This document shows positions 46,437 through 57,313 of a stretch of DNA of 64,000 bases, piece after piece. The DNA comes from an uncultured Methanosarcinales archaeon (lineage in GTDB: Archaea > Nanobdellota > Nanobdellia > Woesearchaeales > GW2011-AR15): NCBI GenBank assembly GCA_964512765.1, contig CAZEKF010000004.1:15739-79738 (forward strand). Direction: 5' to 3'. Under the pieces are notes generated by a model. That model had not been told where the DNA came from. It searched no databases and worked only from the letters and a program-made list of their open reading frames with translations. Position numbers and translations under genes: made by a program. Numbering within the stretch: position 1 is the stretch's first letter; the number at the start of each line of letters is the position of its first letter.

Positions 46437-47468
46437 TTAAATGTTTTCTCTATTATATTCAACAATCCATTCTACATCTTTATAAGGAACATCTGATAGG
46501 AATAATGATAGTATTTCTTGGCCAAGAGCAATATCTTCTTTTTTTACAGGTCCTTGTTCATATATTCGGTCACCTACTTGAAAATGTAAGAAACCTGTTG
46601 GAATATAATCTAAAGGAAAATCAATGGGTACAGGATGAGAAACTGATGATGTATTAAATGTAAATCTATAGCCTTGGTCCTTAATATTAATACTTACATT
46701 ATACGGTGGAAGATTGCATGTGATCATAACAGGATGGGGTGTTTCCTGTAAATTAACAGGAATTCTTGTCCAATTACAGTGTCCAGGAACACTTATGTCA
46801 AGGAGAAATCTTAAATAATCACTATGCATTTTTTCAGTCTCAAATAACCTAAAATTAAGGTTTGACCAATGTCTTTTTTTAAGCATTTTATAAACACTAT
46901 CCATACCTGGTCTTGAAGGTTGATCTGTAATATCTTTAGCTTTGTCTAATCCAAGTAATTGTAATATTTCTATTACGTGTTGGTCTGCTTCATCAGAATA
47001 ATATATTTCTATTTCTGTTTTAGGTGAATATCCATCTGAAAAACTTACACTATATTCATATTCGTCAAATCCATCTTGACCGTCTTTTCTAAAAGAAATG
47101 GTAACATATTTACTTTCTTTTAATTTTGGATTGTGAAAACTAAATAGCTTACTGTAATCAATCAATCCACCTATAGAAGGATAGCTTCTTCCATTTACCA
47201 AACAATAATTAATTACAAAGTCAATTTGAGAGATTTTATGGTTATTAACGTTGACATCAATTTCAAAACCATTGAAACCATCGTCTTGATCTAGACACAT
47301 ACACCAAAACTCATCCATTGAAATTGCACCAGAGAGAAAATAATCTTCTAATCTTTGAAAACAAGTATTTCTTTTAATTGTTATGACACCATTCTTAATT
47401 GAACTTAAATCTACCTGATTAACTAAAGAAATAATATCTTCACCTTGTCTTGTTGTTATAATATGCAT
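46437..47468 (-). CDS. Hypothetical protein
   Basis: 343-aa ORF, TTTAAATA upstream; no recognisable motif. Confidence 0.7.
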   Translation of the reverse strand: MHIITTRQGEDIISLVNQVDLSSIKNGVITIKRNTCFQRLEDYFLSGAISMDEFWCMCLDQDDGFNGFEIDVNVNNHKISQIDFVINYCLVNGRSYPSIGGLIDYSKLFSFHNPKLKESKYVTISFRKDGQDGFDEYEYSVSFSDGYSPKTEIEIYYSDEADQHVIEILQLLGLDKAKDITDQPSRPGMDSVYKMLKKRHWSNLNFRLFETEKMHSDYLRFLLDISVPGHCNWTRIPVNLQETPHPVMITCNLPPYNVSINIKDQGYRFTFNTSSVSHPVPIDFPLDYIPTGFLHFQVGDRIYEQGPVKKEDIALGQEILSLFLSDVPYKDVEWIVEYNRENI

Positions 47469-47551
47469 AAAAGGAAGTTGTTGATTGTTATATTTAAATT
47501 TACCTCTAAATAGTAGTAATATTTATAAATAAACTATTGTTTTTGTTTATT

Positions 47552-50128
47552 ATGACTCCTTCAGAAATTATTGAGGAAGAAATAAGTGTAGCTTCTCTTT
47601 TCTTTAGTAGTGTTTATCCGGAAAATTCAGATCAGTCACACCTTCGAGAACAAAGACATGAAATGCTTCACAAAATTTTTTAATACCACTTAATGAGACA
47701 AGAATTTGGCAAACTACATAATGAAAATGTTTTTTATCATCCTTTTTTACCTTCTGAACAAGAAGAAAGAATAAGAGCTTGTCTAGATAAAAAAATTCAA
47801 GAACTATGGATTTGTTTCTCTGGAGAGGAAGAATTTCATGAAGAGGGATTGTTTTCGCAGATGATGGCTATTGTTGATTTTGGAAAATTAAAAAATGATT
47901 TTATTCAACAATTAATGGGCGGAGAAATTAATGAATATCCTATTTCTCATCCTTCTGTCCTAGTTCTAGGAAATGCTTCAACTTTCAATGGAAGAAGATT
48001 CCATAGGACAATAAATTTAGAGGGAATGTCAGATTCTGCACTTGGAGATTTTCTAGATGTAAATTGGGAGAGATATATTCCAAGATTTTATGAATCTAGA
48101 ACAAAACTCGATTCACTCATTCATACAGTTCTTCCTGAAAACTCAATTCATTATAGAGATAGTGGAAAACTTGAACGTGTTGTATATTATAGATTAATAC
48201 TGTCAGAATTTGAAAAATCATCTCAAAATAACTTTTTTTGGCATTCTTCTTTAAGTATTGAACAAGGAACAAGACTGGAAGAAATATTAACTACGAAAGC
48301 AGACGAATTGTGGACAGAAATTGTTCAAAACAATGATTTGGATCCAAATTTTATTGATTCATTATTTGAGGAAATAAATTTTGATACAATAAAACAAATG
48401 ATGATAGATCAAATATTAAAAGAAGGACGATATCAGGAAAGAAAATTACACCCAGCAGTGTTATATTTGGGAAGAACTGCAGAACCAGTTAGAAGAATTT
48501 TTTCATTTAGAGGAATAATAGATATGGATAATTTATCTGATCATGCTTTAAGTGACTCTTTTGATGTCCATTGGGAAAGATATAAATCTTTCTTTATTGA
48601 TGCAATGCCTGAAATATCCTATATTTATTATAATATGATGTATAAGAGATCAGAAAATGCATGGAGAATTGATCAACGAGCAGCACGGAAAAGAGATTCT
48701 TATAAGTTAGCTAATGGAATAGAATTAAACGAAGCATCTAAGATGTTTTATTGTTTAGATGTTGATCTGTTAAGAAGTATGTCAGATTTGTATGCGAATA
48801 CAAATAAACCTGTAAGAAACTTTAATCCTTATTTGCAGATTGAAATCGAATGTGATGAAAGTTATGTGGCTAATTTGCTGAAGCAATTACCTGACAGATA
48901 TTCTTATAGTCAAGCATATTTATTACTACCTCATAAAGCAGTAAATATTGGTTTTAGTTATGAAATTAATATAAATAAAATAATGGAAGTTTTATTTGAA
49001 GAATTAGTAATACCTTTTGGAGAACAATTTAATTTAATAAATAGACCATTAGATCAAATATTTGATAAATATTGTGCATTAGCATTATTACCCAGATTTG
49101 AACCAACAGATGGAGCATTTGAATATACAAGGGATCCAATTGAGGAGCTTACAGACTGGGACCCTGAAAAGCATTTTGAAACAGTTTGTGAATCAGGATT
49201 ATGGATAATACCAAACAATTTACGTTGGCAGCATACTAAAAAAGGAGATTATTTCATTGTTGGCAGAATTGAAAGCAATAGTGAGCATGGTGTTACTCAT
49301 ATAATTGAAGATCTGACTAAGATATTGGAAATTGATGTAGATGAAGAAGAAAGATTTTTTTTAAATTTGTCAAAGTTTAAATCTGATGCAAAACCAGAAG
49401 TTTTTACTATCTACTCTGGGAGATTGGAACGAATGTTTAAACCAGTTGAACCAAGTGATAATGGAAATGACTTTTCTCAGATTTCCAATTGGCTAAGATT
49501 TCTAGGGCAATTTAGAGGTGCATCAGGTTATATTATTAACAATCCTAATTTTATTAAAATGTTTGGCGGACCAGTGGTAGTGACAGCAGCTCATTGTTTG
49601 AATAAAGATGACCGTAGAGCAATAATGAGAAACACTGAAAAATATCATTTTTCTATTGATGTTTCAAATGGTGAAAGAAAAATTCATAGTCTTAAACTTA
49701 AAAGTAACAGAATTTTGTATGTTGATAAAGAAAAGGATCAAGCATTGGTTGTTTTTGATAATGATACAAGATTACCTAATTTAGATCAAATCTGTTTCTT
49801 GCCTTATGAAGAAATTGTAATTGGAAGTCAAGTATATTTTGCAGGATTTCCACAAAGTGCAGACGTACCAGTGATTGTACCAGCTATAGTTGATAATAAG
49901 AATCATGATACTAATGTGAATGATTATGGACAAGTATTAGATTCAATTCATTTTAATACTCATACACCAATAGAATTAGCTGGGGGGTCAGGAGGAATAT
50001 TGTGTGATAGCAATGGTTTAATAGCAGTTCATAGCTATGGTGGTCGTGATAATATTGGACATGGAGGAACACCTTATTATAATGTTCCAGATATTCTTGA
50101 GAAAGCTTTAGAAATTATGTTTGCATAG
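47552..50128 (+). CDS. Large protein with duplicated N-terminal domain and C-terminal trypsin-like serine protease; in-frame TAA at 47681-47683 (open from ATG 47693)
   Basis: TAAHC, DQALV, GGSGG triad motifs; repeats HPSVLVLG...SDSALGDFLDVNWERY and HPAVLYLG...SDHALSDSFDVHWERY. Confidence 0.75.
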
Positions 50129-50187
50129 ATTCAAAGCGTTTTTATTCTTAAAAAAACTTATAAAATAATCTTCTCTTCTTATTCAAA

Positions 50188-51345
50188 ATGAAATACACAT
50201 CTGAACAAATAATAAAAGAAGTTACAAAATCAAATGATTATCTCTTGATTGAACTAGACAACACAATCTTTTACCCTGGAGGCGGAGGTCAGCCTTGTGA
50301 CACAGGAACTATTGAATCAGATTCATTCAAAGGAGATGTTGTTGAAGTTTACATAGAACAAGATAAAATAATACAAAGAGTTAAACCAAAAAAAGGTAAT
50401 ATTAAACAAGGAGATAAAATTGTTATAAAAATCAACAAAGAAAGAAGAACTAAATTAATTCAAATGCACACAGGCGAACATATTTTTTACAAAGCAATTG
50501 AAATGGCATTAAAAGATTCAAAATTAGATAAAATACATTTAGGTGTTGAAGAAAGTTCAATTTTTATTAAAACAGATAAATTAACCTGGGAAGATTTGTT
50601 CAAAGCTGAAGAATTAGCCAATAAAATCATTGAAGAAGACCGTTCATTAATTGAAAAACAATATACTAAACAAGAAGCAATTGATTTAGGTAAATTGAGG
50701 ATTAAACCAGATAGAATAAAGTCTGATAAAGTTAGGGTTGTTGAAGTAAAAGATTTTGACTATTCAGCATGTACTGGATTACACTGTGAATCATCTGGAC
50801 AAGTTGGTAATATATTGATAACAAAGTTTAGTTTTAACAAAGGCAGCTGGGAAATACGGTTTAAAGTTAATGTAAAAAAAGAATTGTTTGAACTAGCTAG
50901 AATAACAAGGCAATCTGCATCATTATTAGAAACTGATGTTGATAATGTACTAGGTTCAATTAATAAAATACAAAAAGAAACAGATAACTATAAACAAAAG
51001 TTCAGACAAGTATCAAGTAAGTTTTTAGATTATTACAAAGAAGAGAAAATTAAGGAAATTACTTTAATCTATAACACAGTTGAAAATTTAGAAAAAAAAC
51101 AGTTAATTGACAAAGCAGCGTTATTAATTAAAAACAAAACAATAGTGTGTTTTGTTAATAAACTAGAAGGTAAAGCAATGGTTTTAATGAACACATCTAA
51201 AGAGTTTAATGCTCCTAAATTACTAAAAAAAGCTATTTCTAAGTTCAATGGTAAAGGTGGTGGCAGAGATAACTTTGCAATGGGTTCAGTTGAATTGAAA
51301 TATAGTAATAATATAATTGATGAATTGAAGCAAATTCTAAATTAA
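50188..51345 (+). CDS. Alanyl-tRNA editing protein with C-Ala/DHHA1 domain (AlaX-L or beta half of a split AlaRS)
   Basis: FYPGGGGQPCDTG, HTGEH, CTGLH, GKGGGR..FAMG; no aminoacylation domain. Confidence 0.88.
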   Translation: MKYTSEQIIKEVTKSNDYLLIELDNTIFYPGGGGQPCDTGTIESDSFKGDVVEVYIEQDKIIQRVKPKKGNIKQGDKIVIKINKERRTKLIQMHTGEHIFYKAIEMALKDSKLDKIHLGVEESSIFIKTDKLTWEDLFKAEELANKIIEEDRSLIEKQYTKQEAIDLGKLRIKPDRIKSDKVRVVEVKDFDYSACTGLHCESSGQVGNILITKFSFNKGSWEIRFKVNVKKELFELARITRQSASLLETDVDNVLGSINKIQKETDNYKQKFRQVSSKFLDYYKEEKIKEITLIYNTVENLEKKQLIDKAALLIKNKTIVCFVNKLEGKAMVLMNTSKEFNAPKLLKKAISKFNGKGGGRDNFAMGSVELKYSNNIIDELKQILN

Positions 51346-51348
51346 TTT

Positions 51349-52716
51349 TTGTTATTGGTTTGGTGTTACATAAGTTTAAATATTAATAGAAAAAAGAATA
51401 AATTACAGTGGGGGAGAGTTATTATTAGCAACATTAAAGATATAGTTGAACCAATATTTGTCGCTGTAATAGGAGGAACATCTTCTGGAAAATCTACTAT
51501 TGCAGAATTGATAGCCATGATAATAGGTCAGGAACAATCTTCAAAGATTCTTGTTACTAGACACTTCCCTGATGTTGATCTAACGCTTACTTCTAACTAT
51601 GATCCAACTATGGAATATGTAACAATAGTTGAAGCAGATAGGTTTTACAGGGACATAACTGCTGTTGAAGCAATTCAAGGTGCAATAAGAAATTGGGATG
51701 ATCCTAATTTAATTGATTTTATTGCATTATACAATTCGCTTATAAGATTGTCTCTGGGTGAAACTGTACCTATGCCCTATTATAGAAAAAATCCAGGGGA
51801 CCTTATTTGGGATCATGAAAAAGCTACTCCCTTAGAACCTGCACCAGTAATAATTGTAGAAAGTTTTTTACTTCATGCTGTGGAAAAAGGATTAGAAAAT
51901 TCATACTTTTTTAGAGAAGATGTTAATGTTGTAACTCATGATGGTCCTGAGCCTAAAAAATTTAGAACAGGAGACCCAGTTATCCCACCAACATTACTGA
52001 ATAAAGATGGAACATTAAGTTTAGCTGGAGATGAAGATTCAAGTTCTAGTAATTACATTAGTGATACTAGAAAATTCATACAAGAGAGTTTATTTGGAGA
52101 AAACGGTCTTTTTAAAGGCCATAAATACTTTGTGCATTGTGATGAAAGTGAAGCTTTAATCAGAAGATTATTGAGAGATTATGTTAAACAAGGAAGAGAA
52201 TTTGGAGAAACATTTGGATATCTTCCAGATATACAAAAAACATTTCAAGATATTATTTTAAGAGAATATCAAGATAATCGTGCAGAGTGGCAACTGATAA
52301 ATAATACTATCTTTACAGCAGATACTGCAGCTCAAATTGGTGATATAGCAAAATCCCTAACAGAAGAAGCAGGAATACAAACCTTTCGACGTTTTGATGA
52401 TTTTCGACAAAGAGCTGGAGATGTTTTAGCAACATATAGTTTGTATATGGAATTCTTAGTTAAGTCTTATATTGAAGCAAACCCTGTTAAATTATCTAAG
52501 TTTATTGGTGGATACACAGAGTTTAGAGAAGGATTCAATCTATGTATTCCCAATCTTCCAGCGGGCGCTTCAATTGAACAATATCAAACTCACCTTGAAA
52601 ACTTTGAAGAATATATTCAAAAACAATTAATTTTTCAAACTTTACCTCCATTTCTTCCTGAATGGTTAGTTCAGGATAAAAATACAGTTAAGTTAATGCA
52701 AGATTACAGAGGTTAA
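51349..52716 (+). CDS. Uridine kinase-like P-loop protein with insertions
   Basis: GGTSSGKST, DRFYR, NWDDP, IRRLLRD; start uncertain. Confidence 0.75.
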   Translation: MLLVWCYISLNINRKKNKLQWGRVIISNIKDIVEPIFVAVIGGTSSGKSTIAELIAMIIGQEQSSKILVTRHFPDVDLTLTSNYDPTMEYVTIVEADRFYRDITAVEAIQGAIRNWDDPNLIDFIALYNSLIRLSLGETVPMPYYRKNPGDLIWDHEKATPLEPAPVIIVESFLLHAVEKGLENSYFFREDVNVVTHDGPEPKKFRTGDPVIPPTLLNKDGTLSLAGDEDSSSSNYISDTRKFIQESLFGENGLFKGHKYFVHCDESEALIRRLLRDYVKQGREFGETFGYLPDIQKTFQDIILREYQDNRAEWQLINNTIFTADTAAQIGDIAKSLTEEAGIQTFRRFDDFRQRAGDVLATYSLYMEFLVKSYIEANPVKLSKFIGGYTEFREGFNLCIPNLPAGASIEQYQTHLENFEEYIQKQLIFQTLPPFLPEWLVQDKNTVKLMQDYRG

Positions 52717-52726
52717 TGCGTTATAT

Positions 52727-53932
52727 TTAAATTTCCAATATCCTCATCAACTCTTCCTTAACTCTATCTTCATACTCGTAAACTTTTTCACCTTCTTTTT
52801 TTTCAGAACTCAGTAATGTCATGAAACTTTTTACCATGGACTTTTCTTTGTTCATGTCCCAACCATTTATTTCAACCTGTCCAACATGTTCATTAATCAA
52901 TTGATCTTCAATTTCCTCAGCAGTTGTTGTTTCAATTTTAATCTCTTCAAAATCTTTAGTTGTTAATCCACTTGTGTTTCTCATAACAAAATAAGCTTTT
53001 TTTTCATGTAATAACTCAGTTATTTTCTTATAATCTATCTCACTTATTTTACCAGAGTCTAAAACACCAGACACTCTGATTAGAACAATTTTATCTTTAA
53101 CATCTTTAATCTGGTCAATTATTTCACTTGTTATAGTTTCTGGAATTTTATTATTTGCATCTACTTTGATTTTAACAACATCTTTAATCTTAATATCGTG
53201 CCTTTTAACATCTCCTTTGTCATATATGTAAAAACCACCGTTAGTTAACTCTTCAAGTTCGTAAAATGTGTTGGGAAAAGTTGGACCAGGATAAACAACG
53301 TTTTTGTAACCAGGAAGATCTTGTTTTTCTATTATATGAACATGACCACCTGCATAATAATCAAAACCTTTTGGTAAAAAAGATATTGGCGCAGATTCCA
53401 TTCTTTCTAATGCTTTAGGTTTTAACTCAGTTAAAGCAGTATGGAACATGAATATTTTGAAACCTGATTCTTTTTCTAACGAATCTCTGTCAAGTTCTTC
53501 ATAATAAGATTTTTCTAACATGCCTCGTCTTCCTAACATGCCAGTTATTTTAGCACCTGTTTTCTTATCAACAGTAAATTTTAGTTTTAACTTATTATCT
53601 TCAACTGAACCTTTTACAACATTAGTGCACAATCCAGCTTCTTCAAGTACATCTAACATTGTTTTTCCAGAAGGTGAAAAGTCATGGCTGCCCGCAATTA
53701 AATAAACAGGAATATAGTTATCTTTCAACTCTTTGAATTTCTTAACAACTTCTTTTAACTTATCAATACCTGGCAATGCAGTGTTAAACAAATCACCTGC
53801 TATAAGAATAAAATCAACTTTTTCAAGAATAGAAATATCTATAGCTTTGAAAAACGCTTGAGTGTTAATATCTTTCAACTTCGGATCACGCCAACCGCCA
53901 ATGTGACAGTCTGCTAGATGTGAGAATTTCAT
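52727..53932 (-). CDS. mre11: DNA double-strand break repair nuclease Mre11
   Basis: HLADCHIG, AGDLF, AGSHD, MFH, GGHVH, YPG. Confidence 0.9.
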   Translation of the reverse strand: MKFSHLADCHIGGWRDPKLKDINTQAFFKAIDISILEKVDFILIAGDLFNTALPGIDKLKEVVKKFKELKDNYIPVYLIAGSHDFSPSGKTMLDVLEEAGLCTNVVKGSVEDNKLKLKFTVDKKTGAKITGMLGRRGMLEKSYYEELDRDSLEKESGFKIFMFHTALTELKPKALERMESAPISFLPKGFDYYAGGHVHIIEKQDLPGYKNVVYPGPTFPNTFYELEELTNGGFYIYDKGDVKRHDIKIKDVVKIKVDANNKIPETITSEIIDQIKDVKDKIVLIRVSGVLDSGKISEIDYKKITELLHEKKAYFVMRNTSGLTTKDFEEIKIETTTAEEIEDQLINEHVGQVEINGWDMNKEKSMVKSFMTLLSSEKKEGEKVYEYEDRVKEELMRILEI

Positions 53933-54052
53933 TATTAATTAAAGATGTTGAACATATTTAAAGATATGCAGTAGTTTTAAATATAAAAGAATAAATTATT
54001 GAGATAAAAAGGGGAATTCTTTCAAAAATTATTAAATAGTGAGGAAGGAATA

Positions 54053-54928
54053 GTGGCAGGATTAGAACATTTAATTGCAGTTGCATATGGTACAGGCATG
54101 CACGTTGGGTTTGGACTCGCGGTTAACCAAGTCATGGACCAGATTAGAAAATCAATTATTACATATTACCAAAGAAAAATACAACCTGAAGAAAAACTTG
54201 ATCCAGGTGAAGATTGTTTACTAGCCTCAGTTCTATCTTTTTCTCCTGATATTGATGCAGCAACGCAAATTAAAAGAATAGATGACGTCGCAAACAGAAC
54301 ATATGGCTTTTCTGAATACTTAGCAGAACATTTTCCAAAAGAAGAGTATGGTTCTATTTCAAGTAAAATATTGGGTTTGTTAAGAAAAGTTAGAAAGCAC
54401 CAAATAACAAACAATGCTGAGAAAGTAATACCAGAAGAATTAATTGAAGAATGTCGAAAATGGTGTCACAGAGGCGAAGAATTACATTTTCCCGGAGGAT
54501 TATATAAATCTTTACTGGTTGGATTAGCAATTGCTGTTCAAAGGAACAGGAAAGAAATTATTGAATTTTGTCGTGATGGAATCCAAGAAATGACAAAAGC
54601 GTATCATAATAAAAATTTACTTGACACGTTAACATCAAAATTCTCTAATTTTGTTAGTTCAGTAGAACTGAAAAAATTACCTTTGTATATAGTTAAGTCA
54701 GATTTTACTTTCTTACCTTTAAAATCATTAGCAGTGGTTGGAAGCCATATGTTTTTAGATTATTTTGTACAATCCGGAGATGCTGCAGCATTTACTGATC
54801 CAAAATGGTACATAGCTCAATATGCTACTGTTTTAGGGATGTGGGCATTAGCAGTCGCAGATGTACCTCAAAGAGTACAAAATTATGTAATGAATAGAAA
54901 ATATAAACCTCAAGAAATGCTAATCTAA
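54053..54928 (+). CDS. Putative membrane-associated metal-dependent hydrolase (YdjM/DUF457-like)
   Basis: Ordered motifs EH, PDID, HRG...H, SHMFLD; GTG start with GAGGA RBS. Confidence 0.6.
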   Translation: MAGLEHLIAVAYGTGMHVGFGLAVNQVMDQIRKSIITYYQRKIQPEEKLDPGEDCLLASVLSFSPDIDAATQIKRIDDVANRTYGFSEYLAEHFPKEEYGSISSKILGLLRKVRKHQITNNAEKVIPEELIEECRKWCHRGEELHFPGGLYKSLLVGLAIAVQRNRKEIIEFCRDGIQEMTKAYHNKNLLDTLTSKFSNFVSSVELKKLPLYIVKSDFTFLPLKSLAVVGSHMFLDYFVQSGDAAAFTDPKWYIAQYATVLGMWALAVADVPQRVQNYVMNRKYKPQEMLI

Positions 54929-56443
54929 CTTAACCCCGTCATACCCTAACTTTTCCTGCTTTTCTTTAACTTTATCTTTCACGTATTCTTCGAATAAAGG
55001 TATTTTAACTGGTATAGCAAACTTAGTAAAGTTAGAAGTAATAATTGCTTCACCTTTGTCTAGGGCAGCAATTGCTCTTGAATCACTGCTTAAATCTTGT
55101 GAAGAACTTTCAATAATTGCTTGTCTCTCTGGTGCCATTTCTATGCCTAGAATTATCTTAGTGTTCATGTTAGCTAGTATTTGCCTAGGTATTAATGAGG
55201 GTAATTGTGTGATAGCAGTTAACCCTATTTTGAACTTCCGACCTTCTCTAGCAATTGTTGAGAATATGTTAGATCCTTTTTCCAAAACATCTTTGCCTAA
55301 CACCCTAGGCGCTTCTTCTAATAATATGGAAATAACTGGCTTCTGGTTCAATTCACCTGTTGTTTTATAATATTTGTACCTGCTTAAAATTTCAGTTGAA
55401 ATTAAACTACCTATCAAAATCTCAACACTGCCAGAAAAACTTGACGTGTCAACAATAACTATTTTATTTTTTTCAAGGTCATTACAAATATCACCTACTG
55501 TTGTTTCACCAGAGTTAAAGTCAAATATACCTTTTGCATTAATCCTGTTATCATACTGGCTTAAATTAAGCAGAGACATTAACCTTCTTTTCACAACTCC
55601 AATAGTACCTTCATGAAACTTGAACCCTGTTTCTTGCTCTGTTATTATTGCCTGGATCCAGTTATGTTTAAACACTTTAAAATACGCTACTAAAGCTTCT
55701 TTTTGCGCAGTGCTCCAATCCATGACACCGTTGAAATGGGTTGGCCGTATTTGTCTAATATTAATCTTTAAAGTTCTCTGACCTGCAGGTGGGTTAGGTG
55801 AATAATAAACACAATTAGCACTAGGATGGTCTTTTAACCCGATTTTGTTGCGACCATAATATTCATCGTGTGGATCCAAGACTAAAATTCCAGTATACTT
55901 TTCATCTAACAACGACCATAACATTGTAGAAGCTAGGTTAGATTTTCCTTTACCAGTACTAGCACCTATTAAAACATGGTGCTGGAACACTTTCTGGCCA
56001 GGTAAAAAAATCTCAACATCTAACACTTTATTACCAGATCGTAAATTACCTACATACAACGGATTAATAGGTCGTGTGATAAAAGATAAATCTTGTTTTT
56101 TAACACTTCTAACATTTGAGAAAAAGTCAGGTAATGACTTTGAAGAGTGTGCAAATTTATCTTTGATAGTTATTAAATTTTTTAACAATGCAAGGTTATA
56201 ATTTCTTATTTTTTCGTCCATGAACATTAACTCTGAGTCTTCCTCCAATTTCATACCAGACACTAACTCCAGATTACTTGAAGATAACTGTGAACCATAC
56301 ACTAAATCATAGACTTGTAACAATATCGTTGAATCTTTATTCTCAGCAATTAACAACTCGCCTAATTCAATTTCTTCACCGTGTTTCTGCCTAGCTACTA
56401 TCTCAGAAAACTTGCCAGAAATAATAATGCCTTTCTCGCTCAT
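54920..56443 (-). CDS. herA: HerA helicase/translocase
   Basis: [37 protein letters not shown]. Confidence 0.9.
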   Translation of the reverse strand: MSEKGIIISGKFSEIVARQKHGEEIELGELLIAENKDSTILLQVYDLVYGSQLSSSNLELVSGMKLEEDSELMFMDEKIRNYNLALLKNLITIKDKFAHSSKSLPDFFSNVRSVKKQDLSFITRPINPLYVGNLRSGNKVLDVEIFLPGQKVFQHHVLIGASTGKGKSNLASTMLWSLLDEKYTGILVLDPHDEYYGRNKIGLKDHPSANCVYYSPNPPAGQRTLKINIRQIRPTHFNGVMDWSTAQKEALVAYFKVFKHNWIQAIITEQETGFKFHEGTIGVVKRRLMSLLNLSQYDNRINAKGIFDFNSGETTVGDICNDLEKNKIVIVDTSSFSGSVEILIGSLISTEILSRYKYYKTTGELNQKPVISILLEEAPRVLGKDVLEKGSNIFSTIAREGRKFKIGLTAITQLPSLIPRQILANMNTKIILGIEMAPERQAIIESSSQDLSSDSRAIAALDKGEAIITSNFTKFAIPVKIPLFEEYVKDKVKEKQEKLGYDGVKLD

Positions 56444-56500
56444 TGCAATGTTCTAAAAAAGAAATATATTTATAATGTTAATTGTATGATTTAATAAATA

Positions 56501-57313
56501 ATGAAGAAGGGGCAGATTACTGTTTTTGTTATTATTGGGGTTGTTATTGTTATTTTAATTGGAGCGTTTCTATATAACGTAAACAAAAGAAATAAAGTAC
56601 AATTTGAACGGGAAATTGGGGATGTGTCGCTTGAATTATATGCAGAACAAATACAAGAGTATGTTGAACAATGTTTATATGATGAATTACGGAATTTACT
56701 TTTCCACAGATTAAGTTTACAAGGAGGGTACATTGATCCGGAATCGGAAAACATCAAATGGAGTCGTTCAGGTTTTATTAAAATTCCTTATTGGTTTCAT
56801 AATGGAGAAGACATATCTCCAGAGTTAGATTATATTGAAAAACAAGTTTCACAGCATGTTCAGACGAATATTGATAATTGCACAGATTTCTCAGCCATGG
56901 AATCCTTGAGAAAAGTTTCTATTACTGTGTTTGATGAAATTAATGTTAACACCACAATTAATAACCACTCAGTTCTTGTTCAAATTAACTATCCTGTCTC
57001 ATTGGAAATCGAAGACAATAAGAATACTATTGAATCTTTTAATGTAAATATTAAAACACCGCTCGGAAGAAATTTTAATATTGCAAAACAGCTCTTGCAA
57101 CAAGCTATTGATTCAAACGTAAACATAGGAGAATTCAATGTGGCTGGTGTTTGTAATACCACCAGGACCACGTCTCAAATTAACATTGTACCAGTTAATA
57201 AGATGATAGTATTATTTGATTATAGCACATTTTCTGATCCAAAATATGATCGGACATTTGTGTTTCAGTATAAATATGATGAGTTAAACATATATGGGTA
57301 TTGTATAGGATGA
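56501..57313 (+). CDS. Class III signal peptide pilin-like protein
   Basis: MKKG/QITVFVIIG; YVEQCL, QGGY, IPYW, IDNC. Confidence 0.8.
   Translation: MKKGQITVFVIIGVVIVILIGAFLYNVNKRNKVQFEREIGDVSLELYAEQIQEYVEQCLYDELRNLLFHRLSLQGGYIDPESENIKWSRSGFIKIPYWFHNGEDISPELDYIEKQVSQHVQTNIDNCTDFSAMESLRKVSITVFDEINVNTTINNHSVLVQINYPVSLEIEDNKNTIESFNVNIKTPLGRNFNIAKQLLQQAIDSNVNIGEFNVAGVCNTTRTTSQINIVPVNKMIVLFDYSTFSDPKYDRTFVFQYKYDELNIYGYCIG

Noticed and set aside
47681-47683. Alternative genetic code or stop-codon reassignment
   Set aside because: TAA, TAG and TGA all terminate conserved genes normally in this window; a single substitution explains this case
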